A stretch of 61,390 nt of DNA, filler included, from Sphacelaria rigidula (taxonomy: Eukaryota): NCBI GenBank assembly GCA_964200075.2. It is 7 parts of 7 records of this genome, joined end to end, with 100 filler letters (N's around TTAATTAATTAA, not from the genome) between each part and the next. Parts side by side here need not be neighbours in the genome. Positions count along the whole stretch, not along the records: positions 43,923 to 52,606 come from CAXNAA020010390.1; positions 52,707 to 61,390 come from CAXNAA020010391.1; 5 more parts are not named here. One strand, 5' to 3'. Below the pieces are notes generated by a model. The model searched no databases. It had not been told where the DNA came from and was given only the letters and a program-made list of their open reading frames with translations. Each line of letters starts with the position of its first letter. Position 1 is the stretch's first letter. The position numbers were made by a program, and so were the translations under genes. This document shows positions 49,401 to 61,390 of this stretch, piece after piece.

Positions 49401-50534
49401 CGATAGCGAAACGTTCGCCCGTGTTGTGTTATGCAATTCGAGCTTCAGTAATAGGGGTAACGGCACACGACGCTAACGGAGAGCTGTCAAGATTATCCCC
49501 TCGAAGGTGTCTGAGATTGTAGTGTTCGGCAGTGTTGTCACCCAATGAATTCCATGAATCATGCAGGATGTTTACTCACCATCATGAACCCGCTTGTCCA
49601 CCGTGTTCGTCTGGTCCATTGTGTATATCACAATAATGTTGCGTTCTATCGTTTGCAGGAATCCTCGTCGGATGAAGACGAAGACCAAGTTGGACCCGCC
49701 GTTGCCGGAAAGGAGAAACGTGTGGCGTCACTAATGTGGGCAATCATTTTCGCGGCAGTTTTGAGCAGATTAATTTGGCGGCAATTGTAATCGTACGTTT
49801 TGCTCACAACAGTTCTCATGGATCAAGAACCTTATTTCTTGCCATGGTGCAGACAGATCACGATACCTTTATAGGCACAACGAATGCATTGGCGATTGGA
49901 GCGCTGGGATTTGCACCCTTTCGAACGCGAACGTATCCGTTCGTATCCATCTAAACGTGGGTAATCCCCGGTTTCACGAGCTCAATTCGGGCGCCGGTTA
50001 GGGGTAGATATTGGCTCGTCGCTCCCATTGCCTAGCTTCCATATCATATCGGTTGTATTTTGCAGAACCTGATACTATCAAGGTCTTCTGGTGACCTGGT
50101 CCGTCCACCCTTTGCGTTCATTGCATCAGACCCGCGGCTGGAAGTGCTAAGCGGCAGAGACGAGCAGAGCTTGAACGGGCGGCAAAGTGGGAAAATGTGA
50201 CAGGAGTAATGAAAGGAAGTCAGGCGGCTCTTGACAAGGAGGTGAACCGAGAGTCCACTGGCAGCCTTGTGTGCACACCTTTGTGACCGAGAAACCAGGC
50301 AAAATAGGCCAGTAAAAAGCGTATCCGCTTCGGAAGGTTTCAACGTTTACTTCCACCCTGGTGGCCTGTCTGCCAGCCTATCTAACTCATCCCTCACGAC
50401 GCATTTGATGCGCTTCTACGTTGACAGGATGAGGATAGCAAAGGTAGAGAGGAGTGGATGCTCGTGCCACCGAAGTCGTTGGGGGTTCTGGGCGCGATCA
50501 AGACGGCGCAGCCCACCAACCGCAAATTTCAGAC
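46408..50534 (+). CDS. GPALPP1/DUF3752-like protein; 3' end missing
   Basis: Exons 46408-46437, 46785-46866, 47249-47520, 47973-48097, 48519-48642, 49089-49280, 49659-about 49720/49735 (donor uncertain), 50130-50241, 50428-50534. Motifs IGPAMPS, SSSDEDEDQVGPA and GREEWMLVPP...NRKF match the start of DUF3752. Confidence 0.8.
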
Positions 50535-52606
50535 GTGAGTAGTAGGGAAAAATTACCCTTCTTATGTCTTGTTGTTCGCTCATACGCTTGTCTGGCCGTT
50601 CAACGTAACGCGATGGTTCCTGCTTACTTACCTGTACCGAGCGGTCTGCCGAAGACGCATAAGGTTTTTCCTAAACTTTACTCGATGGGGTTCAAGGACA
50701 TGTTTTGAAGTTTCACCCACCTCTTCCCATGCGCGACATAAAAGTGTTCAAATTTCCAAGGGAATCCGTAAAGGGATTTTCAAGGAGCCGTGTCCCCAAT
50801 CCCTTCAAAAGTGGGAAACTACGATCGGAAGAGATGGGGGATGCTACGCGTTCAATTACTTCATATGTCGCTATCCACCGTGTCGCAGTTGGACTAACTC
50901 ATCCCCCAGCAAAAGAAAACTGTATTACATCAATCCTCGGGCGCTGCCCGACCAGGAGATATCCGCAGTCGCCCTGGAACCAACTGTGAGAGCTCTGTAT
51001 CTTGCACGAAAAAGATAATAGTTGATGCCTGGGTGCTGCCTGCACTGTGTGAAATCCGCACCGTGGACACTAGATGACATGAGTATTAAGTGTACTGCGT
51101 ACAATATAATGTATTGCTTATAGCAATAGACGAACTTCTCGATACTGTACTAAGTGCAATTTTTGCTAGTGTAACCTGTCGTCGTTGTGCAGGGTGTGGA
51201 GAAATCCGTATTTGGGCTGAACCGAGAAATCCGTATTTTACCCGAAAAAAATCGGGCGGCAGGGGTGAGGGGGGGGGGGGGGGGGGGCGGAGTCATTCGT
51301 TGGTGGCCTTGGTGGTTTGACTGTTAGTCAGGCCTCCCTTGCGAGACGGAGCAAGGGGTGAGGGGGGGAGGAGGGGAGCTTAGGAAGTCTCGTTCTTGGA
51401 AGGAGCACCATGGGTGAAAACCCTGCCGTTTTGGTTTTCGGAAAAGTCTCTAAATTAAAAATATTACGATAATGGGCATTTCGGAATAGGTTCGTTTGGA
51501 TGGCATATGTATCGGCTTTGGTATCGTGTCTAGGGATATGTGTGTGAAGTATCAAGTTTTGACTTGTAAAGCCATGGGGGGAAAGTGAAGAACGTAAAAA
51601 ATACGGATCTTTTTAGAAACGTTTTTATTGAAGTTGCCTTGACGTGTGCATTCGAAACATGAGCACGACCTTGCTCACTTTTTACTCTCGACTCTCAACT
51701 CGTCATAGTTTGACTCAGGAGCAATACAAATGTTCTAAAATAGTGTATTTCCCAATATCTCGATTTTCCCCCGTTTATCGAATCTTTCTCGAGATGAAAG
51801 TCGAAAATGAAAATATGAGTCACGAAAATAAAATCATGTTGTCAATTATCTTATTTTCCCAATATCTTGATTCTGAATGGGAAAAGTGAAAATGAGCGAA
51901 TGTCAAGTTGTTGATATTTCAAGTGCGCTGGCGACAGCACATTTCCATGTCATGTTTTGCAATAATCGTGAAACGAAGTAAACCATTTTTCTATGAGACA
52001 TGAATTTCCCTCTGCTTTTCTGTTCCCTATTATGGTTTTTACGGGCTACGAACTGAAATTTACATCTGTGCACCGTTACAACACGAAGATCGTAACTGCT
52101 GCTTATTTTTAACTCTCCAGTAGAGGTGTTTTGACGGGAAAAAAAAAACTGTCCGAACAAAAACATGAATTCAACGCCCGGGAGTCCATAGGTTTCACGT
52201 TGCACACGCAGCCACTTCCACGCGACAATGCGAAGTTGAAGTCTTCCCCCATTTCGTGTTTTACCGCCTGGTCCGGCGAGAACCCAGTGTGCTCCGTCCC
52301 GGCTTTGTAGGGGCGGACTCCCGATAGGATCGGCGTCGGTTTGCGATGACGCCATAAAACACGCCACTCACTGCATAAGCTAGGCAACCACGTTACTGAT
52401 TTTTTTGCGCGCTTGCGTTTTTTTGCGGTAACCATGATGTTAGTGGAGCTAGATCATGTTGTGCGGCGTGGGAGAACCTCAACTCTGCACAATGGGAATG
52501 GTCGTACAACGTAGTGTGAGACACCCATGAGGCAGTGTATAAGCCGTGGCTGTCTCTGGAAGTGGCGATACCAGAAATCGGAGCAACTCATTGTAGGCTG
52601 TCATCC

Positions 52607-52706
52607 NNNNNNNNNNNNNNNNNNNNNNNNNNNNNNNNNNNNNNNNNNNNTTAATTAATTAANNNNNNNNNNNNNNNNNNNNNNNNNNNNNNNNNNNNNN
52701 NNNNNN
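52607..52706. other. Artificial contig linker
   Basis: 44N-TTAATTAATTAA-44N. Confidence 0.97.
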
Positions 52707-54676
52707 ACACACACAACTATTGTGGCCATCAACCATGAGTTCCACACACCCCACCCCATCTTGATTTTCGACAGAAAAAAACAAACAAGGAGCGTTATAA
52801 CCCCGCCCATCCATCTTGATATCGAAATAAAAGCACATAACAACTTCCCCCGCCGTCAACCCACGAATACCGAAGGGCTACGAAATTGAGACAGAATCTG
52901 TGCAATACCAGATGTGTCACTTTTCGGCCCCCTTTCCCCACTACATTCCGGGCAGATGACATGCATGAATCGAGCCCGCGGGAGGGCACCATGATGAAAT
53001 ATTTATGCTGCTCAACCACTACTTGACAACTATTAATGTCGAAAATAAATCTCAGAACGAATATATAGAAACACCACGCGCCAGGCTCGATCCGCTCCGT
53101 GTGCCCAGCCCGAAAAGGTTGTAGCGCCACTGGTCACAGGAAAAAATTGGGTGGACACAGTGCAAGAGGAGCAAAGGACCGAGGAGAAAAGACGTTGCTC
53201 GAGGTCAGGCACACCATCTACGAAATACGCGACGAATAAAACACAGCTAACTTACCGTTGCCCCCACCCCATACAAGCGGCCACTCAAGAGAGAGCCTCC
53301 GCTGAGAAGAGAGAACAAATCCTCTGCGCGGGACAGCGAATTTTTCCCCATCAGCAGCCACAAAACGGGCAATTCGGAAAACGGGTACGAGCTGGGCCAG
53401 CAATCTACATCCTGGGCAAAAGCTTCCATTTGGAAAATGTACTGCGTACCGTACGGAATTCGTTGTCTGCTGCAACAGGCGCAATCGATACTGTACACAG
53501 TACACTTTTTGACAGTGTATTCTTTTGTCCAGTTTTGGCTCCTGACTCCTGGAAGTTGGCACCGCATCACACTTCTTGTGAATACTGTCCCGGAATTGTG
53601 CCGTCTCCAAATCTTCACCCAACATACGGAATGCAATTTTCCGGGTATTCATTACCAACACAGATAAACCACACAAAGATACTTTGACCGTTTCTTCTCT
53701 TGCATCGGGATCCGCACGTTCAGAATTTGGTCAAGTTCAGAATAAGCCGTTGCTTACGGTGCGTGTTTTGTAAGCTCGTATTTTCCAATTTTGATACATT
53801 CGACACGGTTTTTTTAAGCTCAACGCAGGACATTGCCGTCTAAAGTCTTGGACACTTTCATTGTCCCACCGGGAAGGGTCTAGCCCCCTTTTGCGATTCG
53901 CTCGACTCCGAGGTTTCAAGACCGGTTCCTGGACAACACCACGGTTGGGGGAAAAATGCAACATCTGCTGATATTTTCTCGACCCGTAGACACCGCATTT
54001 TTTGTTCATGCCATGTTTTTGCCAAGAGGCCATTCTCGAAACCTCGGAGTCGAGCGAATCGCACGAATGGGCTACATCCATCCCGGTGGAGCGGTGCGCA
54101 GTATCTTGAGGCGTGTGGTGGCGATATTATCTGTTCTGCTTCCCAAAACCGTGTCAAACGTCACAAAAGTGGAAGATACGAGCGCACAAAAAAAACGAAC
54201 CGTACACAAACGAGCTGAGGTTGATGCATTTTCCAAACTTCAAAAGAGGAATTCCGGTGTTGGGAATTTGACCACAGCACGTTTCTGACACGACGCACGA
54301 CTCCTATCTGGCGGTGTAAAACGTATTTCAGTTTGTAAGGCCGCTTGGTATGGTCCCCACACGAGGGGACTTACTCTCTATATGACTCATCAACCAGTGC
54401 GCGCGCCACATCCTCGGACTTGGACTCTACAACTAGCGCACAGGCATCGCCCTCACGGGTAGCCATAGTAGTTTTTGTGGAAGCACGGTGTTCACTACTA
54501 CTTTCCAATAATGATCTCAGGCCACATGAAGGAGGTGTGATTTATATGTAGGGGCTTACCCGTTGACTGCAAGTTGAAGTACTGTATGAGTATGTGCATA
54601 AACTGACGACAGTACCTCCATTTTTGTTCCGAAAACCCACATATACACGCGCGCACGGACATGGAACCACGAGCAG

Positions 54677-54799
54677 AGCGAGAGGTCCCGCCACCGAGAA
54701 ATGAAGGAGCGGTACGAGGCGAGAGTGACCAAGGCGCGGGAAGGCGTACTGCGCTTGAGAAAGCAGCACAAGGCGCTCGTCCGGCGTCGAGCGGAGGAG
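54677..54799 (+). CDS. Isolated coiled-coil exon of an unidentified gene
   Basis: CAG|SERSRHREMKERYEARVTKAREGVLRLRKQHKALVRRRAEE|GT; 123 nt, phase 0/0, exon-like codon usage. Loosely resembles the CCDC77 C-terminus (unverified). Confidence 0.5.
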
Positions 54800-56520
54800 G
54801 TGGTGTTTTTAAGCGACGAGATGTCGGCCCTCAGGCGTGGAGTTACGGAGCTGGAAAAGAGAATGTTTGCCGCATGGTGATTTTGATGATGGATGGGAAG
54901 GCGAGGCTTGTCAGGGTTGGGGAGGGAGAAGCGATGGGGGGGGGGGCATCACAACTATGATTGCCATCTACCCCTTGCCTGCAAGACGATGTTCTGCACC
55001 CTGGGAATTTCATTGTCGACGCTGGGTACCCCTTGGTCTAGTAACAAGAGGGAGGGAGGGGGGAGGCCAACAATTTTGGAGCTCAGTATATACGCCATTA
55101 AAGTAGGGGTGCCGGTAGGGTTTGAGCAACGGGGAGGGAGGGGGTGAAGTGCAACACAATTCACAGATTTTCGTGGTGTAAGGCAGATGGAGGATTGCTC
55201 GACGAGCAGGGATTTGTCACGCGCGTAGTGACTGTCTGGACGGCATTGAACGTGAGGCGTTCATCACTTCGGTGCTCACGTTCTGACCCCGATCCGGCAG
55301 GAACATGTGACGAAGTGAGATTTACAAACCAGTAGTCGGGATGCTGAGCAGGAAATATTTCACCCGGTGCAGGCATTACAGAGTTGGGTCAGGCGTGGGC
55401 CATGGATCACAAACCTGCAGCAGGTATTGTGGGGTGTAGCACGCAAAATTCGAGAAATATTGTGAAAATTACTTGTTGGCATCAGGCACGTGAGCACGCC
55501 CCACTCAAGCATGTTTGACTAATTCACGTGCCAAAAGCACCGTCGTTCAAGTGTCGAGCAGATTTCGTCCTCTCTGCTCCTCCACATGGAGCGTTTTTTT
55601 GTGCAGCAAACCCTCGCCTGGCACTACAAAAACCTCACCGCTCGAACATCAAAACTCACGCACACCACAATACAACATACGGAACTCCCTCAAGCAATGT
55701 CGCGTCATGAACACCGGTCGCTACCACGAAAAACAAGGGTAACCTGAATACTCCCAGGGCTTTTCTGCTGACCGTGCCAACCAGGGTACCCCATCCACAG
55801 AAACCGAGAATTCTCACGTGTGAACACCGTCGCGCGCTATCCATCTATTCGATCCCCACAACTTCACCCAGGCAGGCCAAGAGACGACAGTCAAGACTCG
55901 TGATACTCTCCCCGCACGTTTTCCCTCACCAATCAATATCAACAGTGACTAATCATCAACATCAGCATAACCACTCCCGACACCGGGACACTGAGCGTGG
56001 TCAAAACCCCCTATCCAATTCTTGAATGACTCACGTGTCCAGATACATACATGACCATTTTCACCGAGGTAACGTGCATCTCGACCCTTTCCTCATCCCC
56101 CCCTCTCGCCAGAGAAAGCCCGTTGGACATCGTCCCATCGAGGGCAAGTGGCCTGCCCCCTCTCCCCAATACATCTGTTGAATCATTACCGCTGGCTGCT
56201 ATTCGACTCTCGCTACCCCAACTCCATAGCAGACCAGCTGCACTCTGTTTGCGGATACCACATCCCATGCCTCATGAGACTCATTAGACATGTGTTTGGT
56301 GGTGCCCAGCCCCTACACCACCAAGCACTTTGCTTGAGCAATGCAAGTATTTTGTCAGGAAAATATTCAACGGTTTATGCAAGATTTCACATGTGCCATC
56401 TCACGCTACATGGCAGTCAACCGTCCGACAGTCAGTACACATCGCAGCCTCCGTTCACGCTTCTGGGTGTAATGTCGGCAGCTACCACGGACTGTGACCA
56501 CCCTCGCCCTACCCCTCGCG

Positions 56521-59500
56521 TCATGTACGCGAAGACCAGTAGTCCATCGTGTCCAACGCCACCTCGCAGCTCTCCTTCACAGCTTCCACTGGGTCGTCCT
56601 TGAAGTCAACCAGTAACCGTTCGGCGTCCTCGCCTCCTATAGCCCCCAGAGCCTCGGCCGCCTCGTGCCTCACCATTTGGTGCTCTGAAAGATCGGACAG
56701 GACCTTTCCGAGGGCAGGCACGGTCGCTGGGTGTTGCATCTGTCCCAGAACGTACGCCACCTAGGGTTTATTTTTTGTTGAGAGAAGGAGAGATTTACAG
56801 GTACATGGCAGGAAAACATGCGTGATGTGGGATGCTCGATCGGTTGATCGTGTATGTGAGAGTGCGGGTGTTGACTTACTTTTGTCTACATTTATCTAGT
56901 CACTTGTGGCGGAGGAATTAGTTTTTTTTTCAGCACTGCGCTGTGATAGTGTCAAATGTGCAGAGGCGCACGCGTAGAGCGAGCTACCTTCACGCGATAT
57001 CGGTCGCCAAAATCCATGGTCGGCACATGCCACGTACGTTTTTTTTATTCAACTCGAACGCTCGCACTCTAACCGTAACCCTAACCCCAGCCCAGAGCAT
57101 ACCGAGAGATTCTTCCTTGGGCGAAGGGGGTACAAGGACAGTGGGCACCATGAGCAACTTGTGCGTTGGCCAGAACTCGAATCGGCGTCGCAGGCGCCGA
57201 TATTTGCAGATATTAGCAAAAATGCGTATGTCGCACGCTACCGAGTGTGCAATACCCCGGATTGTCAACTCCCCGAAAATAAGAGAAAACTATTGTATCG
57301 TCCAGTAGACCTTAAGCTTCGGTCGTATGTCTATGGTTAAACACAACATGACTACTTGATTTTAGACTTGGGAGAAAGTTCTGAGAAAATATATGGTTTG
57401 GGGCAGGTGAGCAGTGGACCCAGCTCGTCCAGAACGTGTCTTCGCCGAAATCGGCGCCTGCGGCGTGGATTTCAGGTCTACCAACGCACACCTTGCCTAG
57501 GGGCATTCATGCACCCTCCTTGCCCGAGAGTCTCGTACCCCTTGGGTCGGGGTAAGGGTTAGGGTTAGCGTTATCGTTGGTTTGTTCGAAAAAATCTACC
57601 CTCGATATACGCCCAGACAGACCTACAGGTCGCCTAGTATCGTTCCAACCGTGAATTTTGGCGACTGACCGACTGGCTTAAGCTCCACTGCGTACAGCAA
57701 GAAGCGCGACCTTCTCTTTGCCATCGGGACGATATTTGAGATCGGGGGGTCCGACGCTCGAGAGGGCAACAACGCACACACCGTCGCATAAACCAACATG
57801 CGCGAACATGACACGCTACACAATTGTCGTCGCGCAACGAACAGAACCGGCGAAGCGCTGCCGATGTCACGTCACCCGACCATCAACGTACGCATTGATG
57901 TTTGATTATTTTTTCTTCATTGATTGTTGCACTTTAACGTATCCCCCAGTGGTCTCATGATAGACGTACCCAAGAAACACAAAAATGAAACCAACACTCG
58001 CTGAAGGAAACAAGGGACAGATGAAAAACAGAGTCGGACAGATCGACTTAGTAGCCCAAGATGTAAAAAAATAAGAAGGGGAAGAAAAGTCAACAAAAGC
58101 AGAGCACAGAGAGAAATGGTCGACTCAAAACAAACAAAAAAGGAAAAGAGGAACGTGAAGAGCAAGTGAAAAAAAATAAGGAAAATGAAGAAGCTCAAGG
58201 GGTACGAAACCAAACCGTCTGTCCAAAACCAAACATCAGCAGAGTAGATGTTTCCAAAACCAAACCTCGTGTTTGAAGAGGGCATTATCCTCGCCCTCGA
58301 ATGCCGACGCAAGAGCCAACGCCGCCGCTTCTCCCCCCCGATTCCTCAAGGAGAACATCGCTCTGAAAGCAGCAGTAACGATAACGATGGCGGAACAGCA
58401 CCAGGCATGAGCGAAAATGGGAACTCAGAAAAAAGTGCACAACGCAGCGAAGGTGCACGTTGAAAAGTGAAAACGACGCCGACGTCCTGAGGTGGTCGAA
58501 ATGAAAAACAAACTAGTGGCTGAGGGTTTAGGCAACAGCTGCAAACACACGTTTTCTTCTTCATTTCTTCTATTTACTTGATTTGAGAGAACCCTCCTTC
58601 CTCCCCCCTCCCCCCTCCCCCATCGAGGCTTCCGAGGGGTACGTGGGTGTGGAAAAAATATTTTGTGTGCACCCTTGAGTACCAACGTATATATATAGTA
58701 TCGTACGTCGGTCAAGGAATATCCGTGACATCACAGAAGTGATCAAAGACATAAAATTCGACGAGAGCATATGAATAAGGGTACCAGGAGAGCGGGGAAC
58801 GAAATACCTTTTCGTAGCAAACATGTACATGCTCCTAGAATCGAAGAGTACGGTAACCGATAAACAGCGGAGGTTTAGGGAGGTAGCGGCAGATGTACAC
58901 AAGTATATAAGAAGAGGAGAAGTGATGTTCGTGAGATATTTCAACGCAAGGGTTGGAAAAGCAGGTCAACCGGCTGATGTCATTGGGCGATACGAAGGAG
59001 AGAAGAACACGAACGGGGTAAATATGCTGAAGTTTCTTGAGAATAACGAGACGAAGACGATGAATGATAGAGCACAAAAGCCAGAGGCGCAATGGACAAC
59101 GACTAGAAAATGCCGAGACGAGAGAGAACGTTCCTTTCTTGACTATAGTGGTAGAGAATGGAAACAGTGAACAAACGGAAGCACATGTATGCGCAGAGGA
59201 CGTGGGAACTACAGATCATTGCCTGATATGGACAGAAAGCCAACGGACGAGAGCTGAAAAAAACAGACGGGGTAGGAAATTGCACAGTAATCGAGTGGGG
59301 TAGGGAGTGGATGCACAGAATTGCCCCTGTGGCAAAAGCAATACAGAGTAAAAGTCAAACTTCCTCTGTCCCATAAGTCTGTGCACTTATGTTTGTATGA
59401 GCCCTCAACATATGTCCGATTTGATTTTCGATTTTTTGGTTGAATTCGTCGGCGTTTTTTTTAGCTAAAAACATTACTCTTTCTGCAACGTGGGTGCTTG

Positions 59501-61159
59501 ACCCGTGCAGCCTCGCCCCCGAGAAAAAGTGGGTCGGTCAAAATATGGCAATTTTTCGCTTTTTTTCCCAGTAAAGAATAGAAGACCCGGGAATCGCGAA
59601 AAATCGGGAAAAAAATGAGAAAACCGCAAAACCACCACTGATTTGGATATCTCCGTGACGTTAACCTACGCACACCCCATCTAACAAATTTTCAGCATAT
59701 AATCGCTTGTGCTCGACGTAAAACCGTTCAAAATCGGTCAACATTGATATACAAGTGGACCAAAAAGCGCCAAAATGGGGTATATTTTGACCTAATTGTA
59801 GTATCGAAAACAAGTTTTTCGGGGTTTTTTTTCTTGAATCAGCTTCGTCCGCGCGTTACCTCTCTGACGAACCCAACTGTAGGATGATCGTCAGCGTTGA
59901 ACTACCCAAACGATCGAACGTCCATAACTGCACAGACTTATGGGACAGAGGAAGTATAGTGGCAGAATGTGAGCTATACAAGGAGGAACGGGACGTGCTA
60001 TAGGGGGAAATGTGGGAGGTAAACGGAGGTGGCACGAAATCGTTTCATGCATTAGACAGTAGCGAGAACACGATGGCTATTCTACAAGTAGGAGATAGAT
60101 GGTGACCACAGACGGCGAAACAGGTGGGGATAAGATATTCAAAATATTTTGGTGTAAGGCTACTTTTCATGTATTAAAAAATAAAACTGGTTGAAAAGTG
60201 CCATTTTGGTCCTTCTCCGTCGTTTTCCCCCCGAAGAGAGAGCTAAGCGGATGTTGACACCTTGGAATGACTTGCTCTACTCGCTGAGGCCGTTCCAGAG
60301 CACCTTGGCGCTTTCCGTGGGTCACGCTTTCGTTTTTGGCCAAACTTGCATTTTCAATAACAAACGGTCAAGTTATCACAAAAACAGGGGGAAAACTGAC
60401 ATTTTTTTTTATAACTCGACCGTTTGTTATTGAAAGTGCAAGTTTGGCCAAAAGCGAAATCGTGACCTACGGAAAGCGCAAAGTTGCTCTGGAACGGCCT
60501 CAGCGAGTAGGGCAAGTCATTCCAAGGTGTCAACATCCGCCTAGCTAGCCCTCTTTTCGGGGGGGAAAACAACGGAGAAGGACCAAAAATGCACTTTTCA
60601 ACAAGGTGATTTTTTTTGTACAAGAGAAGTAGCCTGTTGCAGGGAAAAAACGTGATGAGCACCCAAATGTTGAAGGTGTTTCTATTAGGAGTAGTAGGAA
60701 CGGTGCTTTGTCTCGCAAGGGATGCGTGATCACTGGTCAAACGACCAAGGCAAGCAACAAGTGAAACACCCCCCACCCCCCCCTCCCCAGTCAATCCGCC
60801 CCGGCTATGAAGGGATGCGAGGTCAACGGTCTCATGACTACTACGGCATGCAAGATCACAAGTACCCTCGTCCCCTCCGGGGCCCCCAAGGTGGATCCTG
60901 TAGACATTTCAACGCGCCAATCATCTCTCCACCTGTATCGTTGAAACAAACTTCGATTTTGGTCTCGGAGTCTCTCGCCCATCTCCTCCGTCCCCACACC
61001 TTCCGCTACCTCCCCTGCCTCGCAGCTCGGGGCAGGATCCACCGAAAGATACGGATTTTGGGGGTCGTCTCCCTTCGTGCCAGCTGCGGGGGGTTCTTGC
61101 GGACTGGATTTTCCCTGCTTGCGGCGCCAGGCCATCAGATCCAACGCCAGCTGGCAGGT
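56521..61159 (-). CDS. DOHH: Deoxyhypusine hydroxylase, last three exons (5' part outside the window)
   Basis: Exons 61159-60933 (TCQLAL...NPYLSVDPAP...SLFQRYR), 58362-58266 (AMFSLRNRGG...NALFKHE) and 56760-56521 (VAYVLGQMQ...MVRHEAAEALGAIG...VKESCEVALD...stop). Phases match; two His-Glu iron-binding motifs and the SVDPAP linker are present. Confidence 0.95.
57070..57573. mobile_element. About 500-bp element with imperfect inverted ends made of telomere-like TAACCC/GGGTTA repeats
   Basis: Left TAACCGTAACCCTAACCCC..., right ...GGGTAAGGGTTAGGGTTAGCGTTA; loose inverted similarity continues about 60 bp inward. Confidence 0.55.
58700..60140 (+). mobile_element. Degenerate, internally deleted non-LTR retrotransposon (APE endonuclease + C-terminal CCHC region, no RT), antisense in a DOHH intron
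   Basis: Endonuclease motifs FNARVG (GDFNA-like), NTNGVNMLKFL, WT, SFLDY, TDHCLIW; then CPCGK..SKS[MITE]HIVAECELYKEER. Stops and frameshifts present. Confidence 0.85.
59360..59954. mobile_element. Tc1/mariner (Stowaway-like) MITE, 595 bp, inserted in the LINE relic
   Basis: 26-bp perfect TIR CTTCCTCTGTCCCATAAGTCTGTGCA; right flank TA, left flank AA (probable mutated TA TSD). Confidence 0.85.
60190..60603. mobile_element. Foldback/MITE-like palindrome of about 410 bp
   Basis: Arms GTTGAAAAGTGC...TGGTCCTTCTCCGT...GCGGATGTTGACACCTTGGAATGACTTG and their reverse complement; same family as 21592-22122. Confidence 0.8.
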
Positions 61160-61390
61160 CTGCAAACAGGAAAAGACAGAAACCCGATGGTAACAAGAAG
61201 AAAAAATAAAATCGACATGTTTTGTACAACAAAAGAGAGTGATCGAGAATCATATACGAGGAATCGAGAGAAGTCTGAACGACAGCGAAAAACGTTAGTC
61301 GTATCGTAGCATACGTGCATTGAAGGCGAGTAATACGAGCATGTTTGAACCATGCACCACAGCGACACTAAGGCTTCATGTCAATGAATA

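Noticed and set aside
60191..60794. Paired opposite-strand ORFs sharing MLTPWNDL
   Set aside because: A by-product of the palindromic element.
26944..61159. Functional cluster of ABCC, CFAP100, GPALPP1-like and DOHH
   Set aside because: Each gene lies on a separate concatenated contig.

Overview
Eukaryotic, intron-rich nuclear DNA, most consistent with a brown alga (Phaeophyceae) or related photosynthetic stramenopile: short exons, 0.2-2.5 kb repeat-filled introns, a flagellar gene and a bipartite plastid-type presequence. The window is not one locus. It is seven contigs of 8684-8685 bp joined by identical 100-nt linkers (44N-TTAATTAATTAA-44N), so every gene is partial and gene order across linkers means nothing. 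Genes spliced by hand with phase-consistent exons: a calmodulin-like EF-hand gene (-), an ABCC/MRP-type ABC transporter (+, 9 exons), CFAP100/CCDC37 (+, 12 exons), a GPALPP1/DUF3752-like gene (+, 9 exons) and deoxyhypusine hydroxylase (-, last 3 exons). Weaker calls are two divergent signal-peptide gene starts, a coiled-coil exon, an unknown gene and a decayed GNAT-like ORF. Introns hold hAT-, mariner- and piggyBac-type MITEs, tRNA-derived SINE heads, an internally deleted LINE, an element with telomere-like ends and several dispersed repeat families. I found no convincing new multi-gene system; the notable signals are splicing oddities and nested mobile elements.
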